A program made the position numbers and the translations under genes. From positions 1 to 38,067 of the forward strand of contig JAMOPX010000174.1 in assembly GCA_027064285.1 (NCBI GenBank): 38,067 nt of DNA, in the 5' to 3' direction. Of this stretch, positions 1-8,794 are shown one piece after another. This DNA comes from Desulfobacterales bacterium (lineage in GTDB: Bacteria > Desulfobacterota > DSM-4660 > Desulfatiglandales > JALVZP01). Under the pieces are notes generated by a model, which saw only the letters and a program-made list of their open reading frames with translations, had not been told where the DNA came from and did not search any database. Each line of letters begins with the position of its first letter. The stretch's first letter is position 1.

Positions 1-1476
1 ATAAATACCGAGGCAGTAGATTGGATATCTGCAAGGACAGATCTTCTGGCAGGTTTTTTTAGCCTCTTGGGATTTGCTTTTTTGATAAAGAAAAAGATCC
101 CTTATATAGCTATTTCTGCAGCCTCATTTTTGGCAGGGCTTTTATGCAAGGAGTCTGCTATAGGTTTTATTCTGTTTGCATTTATCTTTGTGTTCTTCTT
201 TTACAAAGATGAGTTTTCATTAAAGCAAAAATTATTCTTTACATCTGTTTTTACCCTTGCCTTAGCATGTTATTTTCTTATGCGCTATCCAGAACTCAGG
301 TTCTGGAATATTAAAGAAAAAGGTATTATCCCAGATAATATCTCAGCTATTATCCCAAAGGGTAAAATAACAGCGCCAATTTCTATCACATATGCAATAG
401 GGGTCTTCTTTAAGGTAATTGGATTTTATTTTAAAAAACTTTTTATACCATGGCCATTAAATTTTGCCATAATAAAAATAAACAGAACTTTTTATCTGTT
501 TTTTGGTATTTTTGTTCTGCTTTTAATAGCATATAATTTCATAAAAGAAAAAAATGGACTTAGTATGTCTTTTATATGGTCGTTTTGTTTTATGTTAGTG
601 GCTGTGATTGTCCCTTTGAAAAGACTTGCATGGACACCTCTTGCAGAAAGATATGTATATATCTCATCCTTTGGTATGGCTCTTTTTTGGGGATATATAA
701 TGTTAAAAGTTAACAAACTTGAAAGCTTAAGACTAAAAAAGATTGTCTTCAGCGCAATAGGGATATATGCATTTGTTTTTGCTATATCAACTGCTCACAG
801 GAATTATATATGGAAAGACAACTACAGGCTTTATCTTGATACTGTCAAAAAATCTCCTGACTTTGGTCCAGCTCACAATGAGCTTGCAATAGCACTTCTT
901 GCAAAAGGAAAAAAAGAAGAGGCAAAAAAGGAATTTGAAATAGCTGCTAAATTAACAAAAGGACATCACATGAGCCTTATAGCAGAAAATAATGTATTGA
1001 TAGTAGAGCAAGAAAAGGCTGAACCAGCAAAGATATTATCCCAATACGATAAGCTGATAAATAAGAGCAATGATAAAAATGTGCAATGCACTATCTTGCA
1101 CAATGCAATAAGATATATTACTCAGACACTTTTAAACAACAAAGAAATAGGGAAAAAAGAAAGATACATGCTTTATAAAAAAGAAATAGAGTATTTCAAA
1201 AAACTTGCTCCCTTAGAAGACAAAGCTTTTTGCTGGTATAGGATAGGACAGCTATATTTGGCACTTGGAGATAAGAAAAAAGCAGCTTCCTATTTTAAAA
1301 GGGCATATGAGCTGGCAGATAAAGATGCTTATTTCAAAAAACCTGCATATAAGCTTTTTAAGAAGATAACAAATGCGAAAAATAAGCTAAAACAACAAAG
1401 TTCAGCTGATGGAAAATCCCTATCCACTGAAAGAGGACACAATTTTCTTGACAAGTATTCCTGTTCCTTAATATAA
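1..1476 (+). CDS. Multi-pass membrane protein with C-terminal TPR repeats (TMTC/PMT-like family), 5' end cut by window edge
   Basis: Frame 1 is open from nt 1 (INTEAVDWISARTDLLAGFF...), so the listed TTG at 67 is not the true start. The N-terminal two thirds is a run of hydrophobic helices. The C-terminal third has TPR-like repeats (ELAIALLAKGKKEEAKKEFEIAAKL; WYRIGQLYLALGDKKKAASYFKRAYEL). Confidence 0.6.
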   Translation: MNTEAVDWISARTDLLAGFFSLLGFAFLIKKKIPYIAISAASFLAGLLCKESAIGFILFAFIFVFFFYKDEFSLKQKLFFTSVFTLALACYFLMRYPELRFWNIKEKGIIPDNISAIIPKGKITAPISITYAIGVFFKVIGFYFKKLFIPWPLNFAIIKINRTFYLFFGIFVLLLIAYNFIKEKNGLSMSFIWSFCFMLVAVIVPLKRLAWTPLAERYVYISSFGMALFWGYIMLKVNKLESLRLKKIVFSAIGIYAFVFAISTAHRNYIWKDNYRLYLDTVKKSPDFGPAHNELAIALLAKGKKEEAKKEFEIAAKLTKGHHMSLIAENNVLIVEQEKAEPAKILSQYDKLINKSNDKNVQCTILHNAIRYITQTLLNNKEIGKKERYMLYKKEIEYFKKLAPLEDKAFCWYRIGQLYLALGDKKKAASYFKRAYELADKDAYFKKPAYKLFKKITNAKNKLKQQSSADGKSLSTERGHNFLDKYSCSLI

Positions 1477-1685
1477 TCAATTTTATATGAGAAGGTAGTA
1501 TAATAGAGTTATAGCAAATTTGGAAAAATTAGTTGTTTTATACAAAAGTTATCTTGTAGTGATAAACGGGCAAGCGACAGTGAGACAGATAGATAGAATC
1601 AGAGGGAAGGTGTTTGATAATAGAGGGCACTATAGTAGGAAAGTAGTGGACAGATAAGAATAAATAAGAAGGAGGTTAGGCTATA

Positions 1686-2612
1686 ATGAATAGGAGAAAA
1701 CTTGTGAGTATGGTTTTTTTTCTTTTTTTTGTCCTTATTGGTATTTCATATGCAAAGCAGGTGATTTTATCAGAGGTTCCTGATTATGGTTGGTGGTATG
1801 GATGTGCTCCTACATCTGCTGGAATGCTTATTGGGTATTATGATATTCATGGATATAATGGCTTAAGATATAATAATTTGGTTCCTGGTGGAAAAGCAGA
1901 ACTTAGCACTTTTCCAAGTACAGCAGGAGTGTGGCAGTATAGGGCTCAATATGCTATAGCAAGCCCTGAACATGTAAAAGATTTTTATAGGGGGGGATAT
2001 GGGGCATCAGGTGATGATGTTGATCCACCATATCACGAGTTTAATAGTCTTGCTGATTTTATGGGAACAAGTCAGGATTCAGCAGGCAATTCTAATGGAA
2101 CTACAACATTTTGGTTTTATACAAATGGCTCTCCTCTTTATGTAGCAGATATATATACGCTTGGTTTGAAAGATTCATCAGGTCTTTATGGAATCTGGGA
2201 ATACATAGACTATCGTGGATATGGAACCCATGATTCACTAAATGATAAGACCATGTTTAATCAATATGTAGATACATACGTTTCTGGTGGCTTTAGCTTT
2301 AATGATTTTATGAGTGAAATTAATAGCGGAAGACCTGTTATTATTCATTTAAATGGACATGCTATGCTTGGATATGGTTATGATACAGAGGGAAATATCA
2401 TATATGTGCATGATACATGGAGTCCAGGCGATCATACAATGACATGGGGTGGCACATATGGAGGGATGGAATTTATAGGTGTAACATGTGTTCATCTTAC
2501 AGGTGGGTCTCCTGTTCCGATTCCTAATTCAATTATGCTTATTGGTTCTGGACTTTTCTTATTGCTAATATTTGTAAGAAGGAAAGACTCTGTAGAAAGA
2601 GAGACGGCTTAA
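1686..2612 (+). CDS. Secreted papain-like (peptidase C39-like) cysteine peptidase with PEP-CTERM-like C-terminal sorting tail
   Basis: AAGGAGG RBS lies 8 nt upstream and there is an N-terminal signal peptide. Candidate nucleophile context is WWYGCAPTSAGMLIGYYD, with a His in NGHAMLGYGYD. The tail VPIPNSIMLIGSGLFLLLIFVRRK has the P-x-P / hydrophobic helix / basic cluster layout of PEP-CTERM domains. Confidence 0.6.
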   Translation: MNRRKLVSMVFFLFFVLIGISYAKQVILSEVPDYGWWYGCAPTSAGMLIGYYDIHGYNGLRYNNLVPGGKAELSTFPSTAGVWQYRAQYAIASPEHVKDFYRGGYGASGDDVDPPYHEFNSLADFMGTSQDSAGNSNGTTTFWFYTNGSPLYVADIYTLGLKDSSGLYGIWEYIDYRGYGTHDSLNDKTMFNQYVDTYVSGGFSFNDFMSEINSGRPVIIHLNGHAMLGYGYDTEGNIIYVHDTWSPGDHTMTWGGTYGGMEFIGVTCVHLTGGSPVPIPNSIMLIGSGLFLLLIFVRRKDSVERETA

Positions 2613-3019
2613 TGAAAATATTTCTTTTAGGATTGATTTTAAGCTTTTTAGTAGGGCGGCAGGGTTTTTCTATCCCTCCGCCACAAATAATAAAAGACAC
2701 AAACTTGAAAGCAAAAGTTATTGCTATAGGAAAAGTGGATGAAGTCGTAAGCTTAAAAGAAAAGTCGTATTTTGAACTGAAGATACTTCATGTGATAAAA
2801 GGGTATGGTATTGTGAGAGAAGGAGAAAGGATAAAGGTGTTTTTTAGTAAAAAAGAGTGCCAGAAAGAAGGAATCGTTGCTTATAAAATGGGTGAAGTGG
2901 AAGTTAAGGTAAAAGAAGGAGATCTTGTTGTATGTTATTTAGATCCTTTAAAAGATGGTTTTAGACCAAAAATAGGCGGGCTTTCTGTTGTTAGAATAGC
3001 TTATAATGAGGCTTTATAA
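2612..3019 (+). CDS. Small secreted hypothetical protein
   Basis: The ATG overlaps the upstream stop (TAATG), suggesting translational coupling. It has an N-terminal hydrophobic signal-like segment. I recognise no family motif. Confidence 0.45.
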   Translation: MKIFLLGLILSFLVGRQGFSIPPPQIIKDTNLKAKVIAIGKVDEVVSLKEKSYFELKILHVIKGYGIVREGERIKVFFSKKECQKEGIVAYKMGEVEVKVKEGDLVVCYLDPLKDGFRPKIGGLSVVRIAYNEAL

Positions 3020-5528
3020 AGTATATTAAATTTATTCCTATAAAATACTCTGTATAGTTGGCTGATTTGCTGATTTGAGAGCTAAGTTGTGCTTCAAAAT
3101 GAGGAGTTATAAGCTTTCGTAGTAAAACTTTTATCTTATATCCTAATCCAAAAAATTCTCTTCCTCTGTATTTTTCTCCTATTTCAGGACTAAATGGATA
3201 ATGCGGTGAGTCTTTTGTTTTATAATAAAGTGCACCAGATCCAATACTTATGTCACAAAGGTATGTCCTGCATTTTTTTGTTTGTAAATGGAAAAAAGGG
3301 CCTGTTACAAGTAGAACCTTTGGGCTAAAGTATCCGCCATGTCCATATGTAAAGTAATCAGAGTTATGTTCAAAATGTTCTGCAGAAAGAAAAAGTCCTG
3401 TAGAATAATTTCCAGACTCTAACAGATATGTTTTTCCTATACTAATTCCTCCAAAATATCTGTGGTTGTCCCAGATATGTCTTCCCCAGATATAATTATA
3501 GCCACCTTTAAGAGAAAGCCACAAAGAATCGGGAAGAGAAAATGTTTTACCTGCTTCAAGACCAAGCTTTAGGACTCTACCCCATCTTTTTTCACTGTAA
3601 GGGTCTTTTAAACCAACATAGGATAAAATGCTTTCTTCTATTGGTTCTTGATAAAACTGAATATATCTATTTTTCTGTCTTATTCCAAAAAGGAATGTAA
3701 GCATTGGGTATACAGGACCATTTAAAGAAGTTGTTCCAACCTTGAGATGATAATGAGTATAGCCTTCTTTTTCCCATACTATTTCAGGATAAACTGCCCA
3801 CGTAGAAGTTATAAGATTGTGTCTTAAAGTATGCCTAAAAGCCTTTCCAACATAAGGAAAATCAGGGCTGCTTCCTGATGAAAGCCTTTTTGTTGTGAGA
3901 ATAAAATCTATTTTCTTCCCAAGAATATAAGGATAAGAGAAAGTGTAGGATGTGTAAAATTCATTTAACTGTGATGTTCCAGAGGTTCCTGCCTTGTGTC
4001 TATAATAAGTTGATATTCCAACAGAAGGAGAATCTGCATTAAAATAGCATGTGTTTTTGTCATGATATATCTGGGAAGCAGTTATTGGACATTCATGTGA
4101 AAAGAAAAAATCTGCTGAAATCTTTTTTGTCTTTTCTCTTTTGGCTACTTTCTTTGCATAATGAAATGCCTTTTTTAGATCTTTCTTAGAATAGATTCCA
4201 AGAACCATCTTTACACTTGAAGGATCATCTTGCTCTTTTATAAAAAAAGGAAGCGCATCTTTTATCTTTTTTTCTTTATAAAAAACCCACGCTAAAAATT
4301 TTTTAGCTTTCTTATTTTTTGGATCTAAAAAGAGGATCTTTTTTAGGTAAAGCTCACATTCTTTGTATTCTTTTTTGTCATAAGCTTTGCTTGCTTTTTT
4401 GAAATATAGACCTATCTTAAGTTTCTTAAATCTATCACTTTTATATCTTTCAGAAATCTTCAGTGCTTCATTATATCTTTCTAACTTCATAAGGACATAA
4501 GCTAAGGGAAAAGCTGTCTTTTCAGAAGGTCCTTTTTTATAAAGAGACAAAAAGATTTTGTATGCTTCATTATATCTTTTTCTTTTAATATACCACCATC
4601 CTAAGATATTTAATGTTGCTTCATCATTTGGATTAATTAAAAGAATCTCTTTTGCTATTTTTTCTATATTCTTAGATGAAGGAAGATATGCTTTAAGAAC
4701 ATATAACCTCAGATTTTTCAACTCATTTTTGTAAGAAGAAGAAAATTCTTTATTCTTCATGTCTTTTTTTATTATTTGATCAAGCCTTTCATATGAAATC
4801 ATGTTCTTTAGCTTGTAAAACACAGCTATTCTGAGTTTTTCATCTTTACTGCATTTAAGAAGCGCATAATATATTCTTATAGCCTCTTTTTTTTCTCCTT
4901 TTTCAGAAAGGATCTTTGCGGTCTTAAAATAAAGATAAGGAAAAATACATCTTTTTAACTCATTTCTATAGCTAAGCTTAATTAGTTCTTTTAAATCAGC
5001 TCTCTTTTGAGCATACAAAAGTCTTTCTCTTAGAATGTTTCTTTCTATTTTTTCTTTCCATATCTTTCTTTGTCCTTTATTCAGCTTAGGCAAATACAAA
5101 CGAGCTTCTTTGTATTTTTTTTCTTTCATTAAGATACCAAGAAGCATAGGAGTTGTTATTTTTAGTTGATATTTTGATCTCACAAGCTCTTTTAAAATAG
5201 GAATAGCCTTTTTTTCATTATTTTCATTGACATACGAACATGCTAATCCAAACAGTGCATTTAATTTGGTATCTTCATATTTAGAGGCCATCTTAAAAAG
5301 AATAATAGCCTTTTTGTATTTTCCTTTATTGTAGAGATTCCATGCTTCTGTTATATAAAGTTTTCCAATAGTAGGCGATATTTTTTCTTTTTTTTCTTTT
5401 TGTTTTATTGTGATCGGAGCTGTTCCCTGCTGTGGCTTTTGTTTTAATTTTATTATCTTAGCGTGTGCCAGTGCCGAAAAAATAATCAAAATAGATATAG
5501 CAAGTAATTTATTATTTATCTTTTTCAC
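2991..5528 (-). CDS. bcsC: Cellulose synthase operon protein C (TPR + outer-membrane beta-barrel)
   Basis: Signal peptide, then ~450 aa of TPR-like repeats, then a Gly/aromatic-rich beta-strand region ending in a terminal aromatic (..HYKLF). It is the last gene of the bcsA-B-Z-C order and overlaps bcsZ by 17 nt. Confidence 0.8.
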   Translation of the reverse strand: MKKINNKLLAISILIIFSALAHAKIIKLKQKPQQGTAPITIKQKEKKEKISPTIGKLYITEAWNLYNKGKYKKAIILFKMASKYEDTKLNALFGLACSYVNENNEKKAIPILKELVRSKYQLKITTPMLLGILMKEKKYKEARLYLPKLNKGQRKIWKEKIERNILRERLLYAQKRADLKELIKLSYRNELKRCIFPYLYFKTAKILSEKGEKKEAIRIYYALLKCSKDEKLRIAVFYKLKNMISYERLDQIIKKDMKNKEFSSSYKNELKNLRLYVLKAYLPSSKNIEKIAKEILLINPNDEATLNILGWWYIKRKRYNEAYKIFLSLYKKGPSEKTAFPLAYVLMKLERYNEALKISERYKSDRFKKLKIGLYFKKASKAYDKKEYKECELYLKKILFLDPKNKKAKKFLAWVFYKEKKIKDALPFFIKEQDDPSSVKMVLGIYSKKDLKKAFHYAKKVAKREKTKKISADFFFSHECPITASQIYHDKNTCYFNADSPSVGISTYYRHKAGTSGTSQLNEFYTSYTFSYPYILGKKIDFILTTKRLSSGSSPDFPYVGKAFRHTLRHNLITSTWAVYPEIVWEKEGYTHYHLKVGTTSLNGPVYPMLTFLFGIRQKNRYIQFYQEPIEESILSYVGLKDPYSEKRWGRVLKLGLEAGKTFSLPDSLWLSLKGGYNYIWGRHIWDNHRYFGGISIGKTYLLESGNYSTGLFLSAEHFEHNSDYFTYGHGGYFSPKVLLVTGPFFHLQTKKCRTYLCDISIGSGALYYKTKDSPHYPFSPEIGEKYRGREFFGLGYKIKVLLRKLITPHFEAQLSSQISKSANYTEYFIGINLIYFIKPHYKLF

Positions 5529-6564
5529 TCTTCCAATCTTTTGCTAACAAATATAAGCTAAAGAAATAATAATTTTTTTTATCTAAGGATAGTTTCTGCT
5601 CAGCAATCTTAAATAACTTTTTTGAAACAGATTCTTCACCTATGCTTTCAGCAACCCTTGCATATATGGCATAATATCCTGATGGAGCTTCTTTTAATGA
5701 AAAACTGTCATGAACAAGATCAACCCACAAAGGGATATAAGAGAATCTTTTGTAAAGGTCTATGATTCTGTTACCTATACTATTCAAGCTCTTTTCTTTT
5801 TCCATGCATAGATAGAGAGACACTCTTACTGCATTATATCCAAAGTATATGCTCTTTTCTTCATGGATAAATATCCCGTCTTCTTTTAGAAGAATCCAAT
5901 CTGAAGGAAGTTTAAGCAGTCCAAATCTTGCCTTTGAAAGTAACCATACTGAATCCTGATAAATTTTTTCCCAAAATTTTTTATTTTCAAATTTTGAAAA
6001 CAATTTAAATGCTGGAAGTATTAGATAGGAAGGATTCAAAATAAGAAAATCTTTATCCTTAAATCCAAAATATCCTGGCAAAAGAAACATATGGCCTTTC
6101 CAAGATATACAAAGCTCCTTTCTTATATCTTTCAAAATTTCAATAGCATATTTTTTGTAATCTTCATCTTTCCATTTTTTAAAAGCCTTAAGAAGGGCAT
6201 AAGCAATTAAGATATCACCATCACTGGCATTATTATAATCAATTACCTGCCAATTTCCATTAGGTCTTCTTCCCCAGCTCCATGCAAAAAGTTTATCTTT
6301 TCTTATCTGAAGATTATCTTTTGTCCATTTCCAGACAAGATCAAATGTTTTTTTATCATTATAGATTGTGGAAAGAAGCATTCCATATCCTTGCCCTTCT
6401 GAATGACTGATCTGACCATTTTGATAATCAATTACTCTTCCCTCATTGTTTATAAAGTTTTTTTTATATTCCTTCCATAAGGAAGGATCTAAAGGAAAAG
6501 CTGCTGACGAAAAAAGAATAGAGAATGCTATAATAAAATTAATCTTCAATATACTCTTCCACAT
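5512..6564 (-). CDS. bcsZ: Endo-1,4-beta-glucanase, glycoside hydrolase family 8
   Basis: GH8 signature SEGQGYGML and a signal peptide. It sits between bcsB and bcsC and overlaps bcsB by 26 nt. Confidence 0.85.
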   Translation of the reverse strand: MWKSILKINFIIAFSILFSSAAFPLDPSLWKEYKKNFINNEGRVIDYQNGQISHSEGQGYGMLLSTIYNDKKTFDLVWKWTKDNLQIRKDKLFAWSWGRRPNGNWQVIDYNNASDGDILIAYALLKAFKKWKDEDYKKYAIEILKDIRKELCISWKGHMFLLPGYFGFKDKDFLILNPSYLILPAFKLFSKFENKKFWEKIYQDSVWLLSKARFGLLKLPSDWILLKEDGIFIHEEKSIYFGYNAVRVSLYLCMEKEKSLNSIGNRIIDLYKRFSYIPLWVDLVHDSFSLKEAPSGYYAIYARVAESIGEESVSKKLFKIAEQKLSLDKKNYYFFSLYLLAKDWKSEKDK

Positions 6565-8791
6565 TCTTTGTCCTCTTTTTCCTGTATTTTCTAAGTATGA
6601 GCAGTATTATCAAGCTTAAAAGCGCAATTATTACAAACAAAGAGATGAAAAATAGATAGAAATGTTTTCTAAGATAGTATGTTGGCATACTTACTTTTCC
6701 TAACTCTCCTACATAGTAGACCTTACCTACTCTTACAGATGACACCTTATAAGGAGAAGTCAGTTCAATTAATGAAATATCTCCGGAACATCCTGCTTGC
6801 ACAGCAGGATTTAGAATAACTTTACTCATCTTTTCTAGAGCAGCAGAAGATCTGGCAGTAAAAATGATAATTGTTCCTCCCTTCTTAGATGGAGATTCAA
6901 ATTCCATAATTAAACCTTTTTTATCTCCAAAAGAGCTTATTTGTTTACTTAAAACAGCTATTTTTGGAGATTTATTAAGCTTCTCTTTATGAAATACTTT
7001 TTTTATTGTTTCTTTTAGCTGACTTATCTTTGATTTAACAGCGCTTCCTTTTAAAGAAATAATAGGATAATAGATTTTATTTTCAGCAAGCAATTTGAGA
7101 GGAGCACTTTCTTTAAATTCCGCTGGAATAGTATTTATTGGGCCTATAATAACAAGTTCTTTGTCTGTATCTTCTGGCTTTTTGAATTCTACATTCAGAC
7201 CTAAGAGAGGATAACCAGTTTTTTTGGTCAAAAGCCCAATTAGGTTTAAAAAAGAATTCAAAGTTCTTTTATCCTGAGTCGTGATATAGAATATACTTTT
7301 AGACGCATCTGGAAAACGGGTAAATGGAAAACCATCCTGAAAGAGGAGTTCAATTCTTGGCATATCTACAAGGTGTGGCATAGGAGGAAAGTAAAATGAT
7401 GAATCACTAAATAATGTTAAGAACAGATTTTTGGTCTGAATAAGTTCACATATCCCCGTAACAGAAGGGGTAAGCACGGGCATAAATGTAATTTTGTTAA
7501 TCCCTCTTTTAAACAAATATGCAGGTATAGCAATCTTGTAATTTTCATATACCGTACCATGAGGATTATCTAAGTGAATTGCGGTAATATGCTTTCCATT
7601 AAGCAATATGTTTAAGACAGAGTCAGATCTCATTCCTGCTCCATATGCAAAATGAAGATAAAGATTTGCATATCTATTTGGCTTTATTAAAAGATCGCTT
7701 GGAAGATAAAAAACAAGATCCTTTGGTAAAGGATAGATTCCTTTAAATGTATGGCTTAAAAGCCCTAAATCTTTAAATGTATATTTATAGCCGGGCCTAA
7801 GAATTAACTTTCCAGTATAAGGAAGAGGCTTAGGTATATCTAATTCTTTAACTATCATTCTGTCTGAGTCAGGAAAAGGAAAAGAAATAACAGCTATGCT
7901 TTTGGCAGCACATTCAAGGTCTTTTAGATTTTTTCCAGATACAACTAAAAGTGCATGTTTTGTGTCAATATAATTTTCAAGTTCTGAATCAATATAGACT
8001 TGAGTAGGGAGGTGAAAAATTTTCAAATATGTTCCTGTTATTTTTGCTTTTATTCCTCTTTTGTTTAAAAAGTCTTCTACAAATTCATTCTTTCCAATAA
8101 GGATGTTGTCTACTCCTGATTTTAACTTTTGGGAAACAGTAAAAATCACATCTCTATAGTCAAATCTTAAAGATATACCTGAGGCTATAATTCCTGCTAA
8201 TTTTAAATACTTAGGATCTGTTTTCTCTAAAACAAAATTTAGTTTTCCTTGTGGAAATATCTTTGGATCGAATAGAAAATTACACACAGAAGATAGTCTA
8301 AGTGGAACATCCTTAAGGGTATAGTCAACTTCAAAGGAACTTTTGTCAATATATAATGTTGTCCACAGTTCTGGAGAAAATGGATCTTCACATACCTTCT
8401 TTGTTTGAGAATGCTGTATTACCAAAAAAGTGAGGTCATTGTATCCAGGGAAAAAAGCAGATCCTGGAATAAGGATCTTTAGCTCTCCTTCCGTAGAAAA
8501 AGGATTTAATTTTATCTGAGCAAGGATATATCCATTTATTTTAACAACTAGTGCTGATCTTTCGGAAAGGAGAGAAGAATTCATATATTTTAACTTTAAA
8601 AAGGCTTTATTTACCCGCCATCTATTAGGAATAGGAATCTTTATTGTATAGTGAGAATAACTTCTTTTTAAAGTAATAATCTTTTTCGGTGTTAATTTAA
8701 TAAGTGGCACTTTTATAACTTCTGCTTCTGCTTTTGCTTTTAAAATAAATATTTCTGTAAGCACTGCTATTATAACCAGTAGCTTTTTCAT
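6539..8791 (-). CDS. bcsB: Cellulose synthase periplasmic regulatory subunit B
   Basis: 750 aa with a signal peptide, a large periplasmic body and a single C-terminal TM anchor (FYLFFISLFVIIALLSLIILLIL) followed by RKYRKKR. It starts 3 nt after the bcsA stop. Confidence 0.8.
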   Translation of the reverse strand: MKKLLVIIAVLTEIFILKAKAEAEVIKVPLIKLTPKKIITLKRSYSHYTIKIPIPNRWRVNKAFLKLKYMNSSLLSERSALVVKINGYILAQIKLNPFSTEGELKILIPGSAFFPGYNDLTFLVIQHSQTKKVCEDPFSPELWTTLYIDKSSFEVDYTLKDVPLRLSSVCNFLFDPKIFPQGKLNFVLEKTDPKYLKLAGIIASGISLRFDYRDVIFTVSQKLKSGVDNILIGKNEFVEDFLNKRGIKAKITGTYLKIFHLPTQVYIDSELENYIDTKHALLVVSGKNLKDLECAAKSIAVISFPFPDSDRMIVKELDIPKPLPYTGKLILRPGYKYTFKDLGLLSHTFKGIYPLPKDLVFYLPSDLLIKPNRYANLYLHFAYGAGMRSDSVLNILLNGKHITAIHLDNPHGTVYENYKIAIPAYLFKRGINKITFMPVLTPSVTGICELIQTKNLFLTLFSDSSFYFPPMPHLVDMPRIELLFQDGFPFTRFPDASKSIFYITTQDKRTLNSFLNLIGLLTKKTGYPLLGLNVEFKKPEDTDKELVIIGPINTIPAEFKESAPLKLLAENKIYYPIISLKGSAVKSKISQLKETIKKVFHKEKLNKSPKIAVLSKQISSFGDKKGLIMEFESPSKKGGTIIIFTARSSAALEKMSKVILNPAVQAGCSGDISLIELTSPYKVSSVRVGKVYYVGELGKVSMPTYYLRKHFYLFFISLFVIIALLSLIILLILRKYRKKRTKNVEEYIED

Positions 8792-8794
8792 GAA

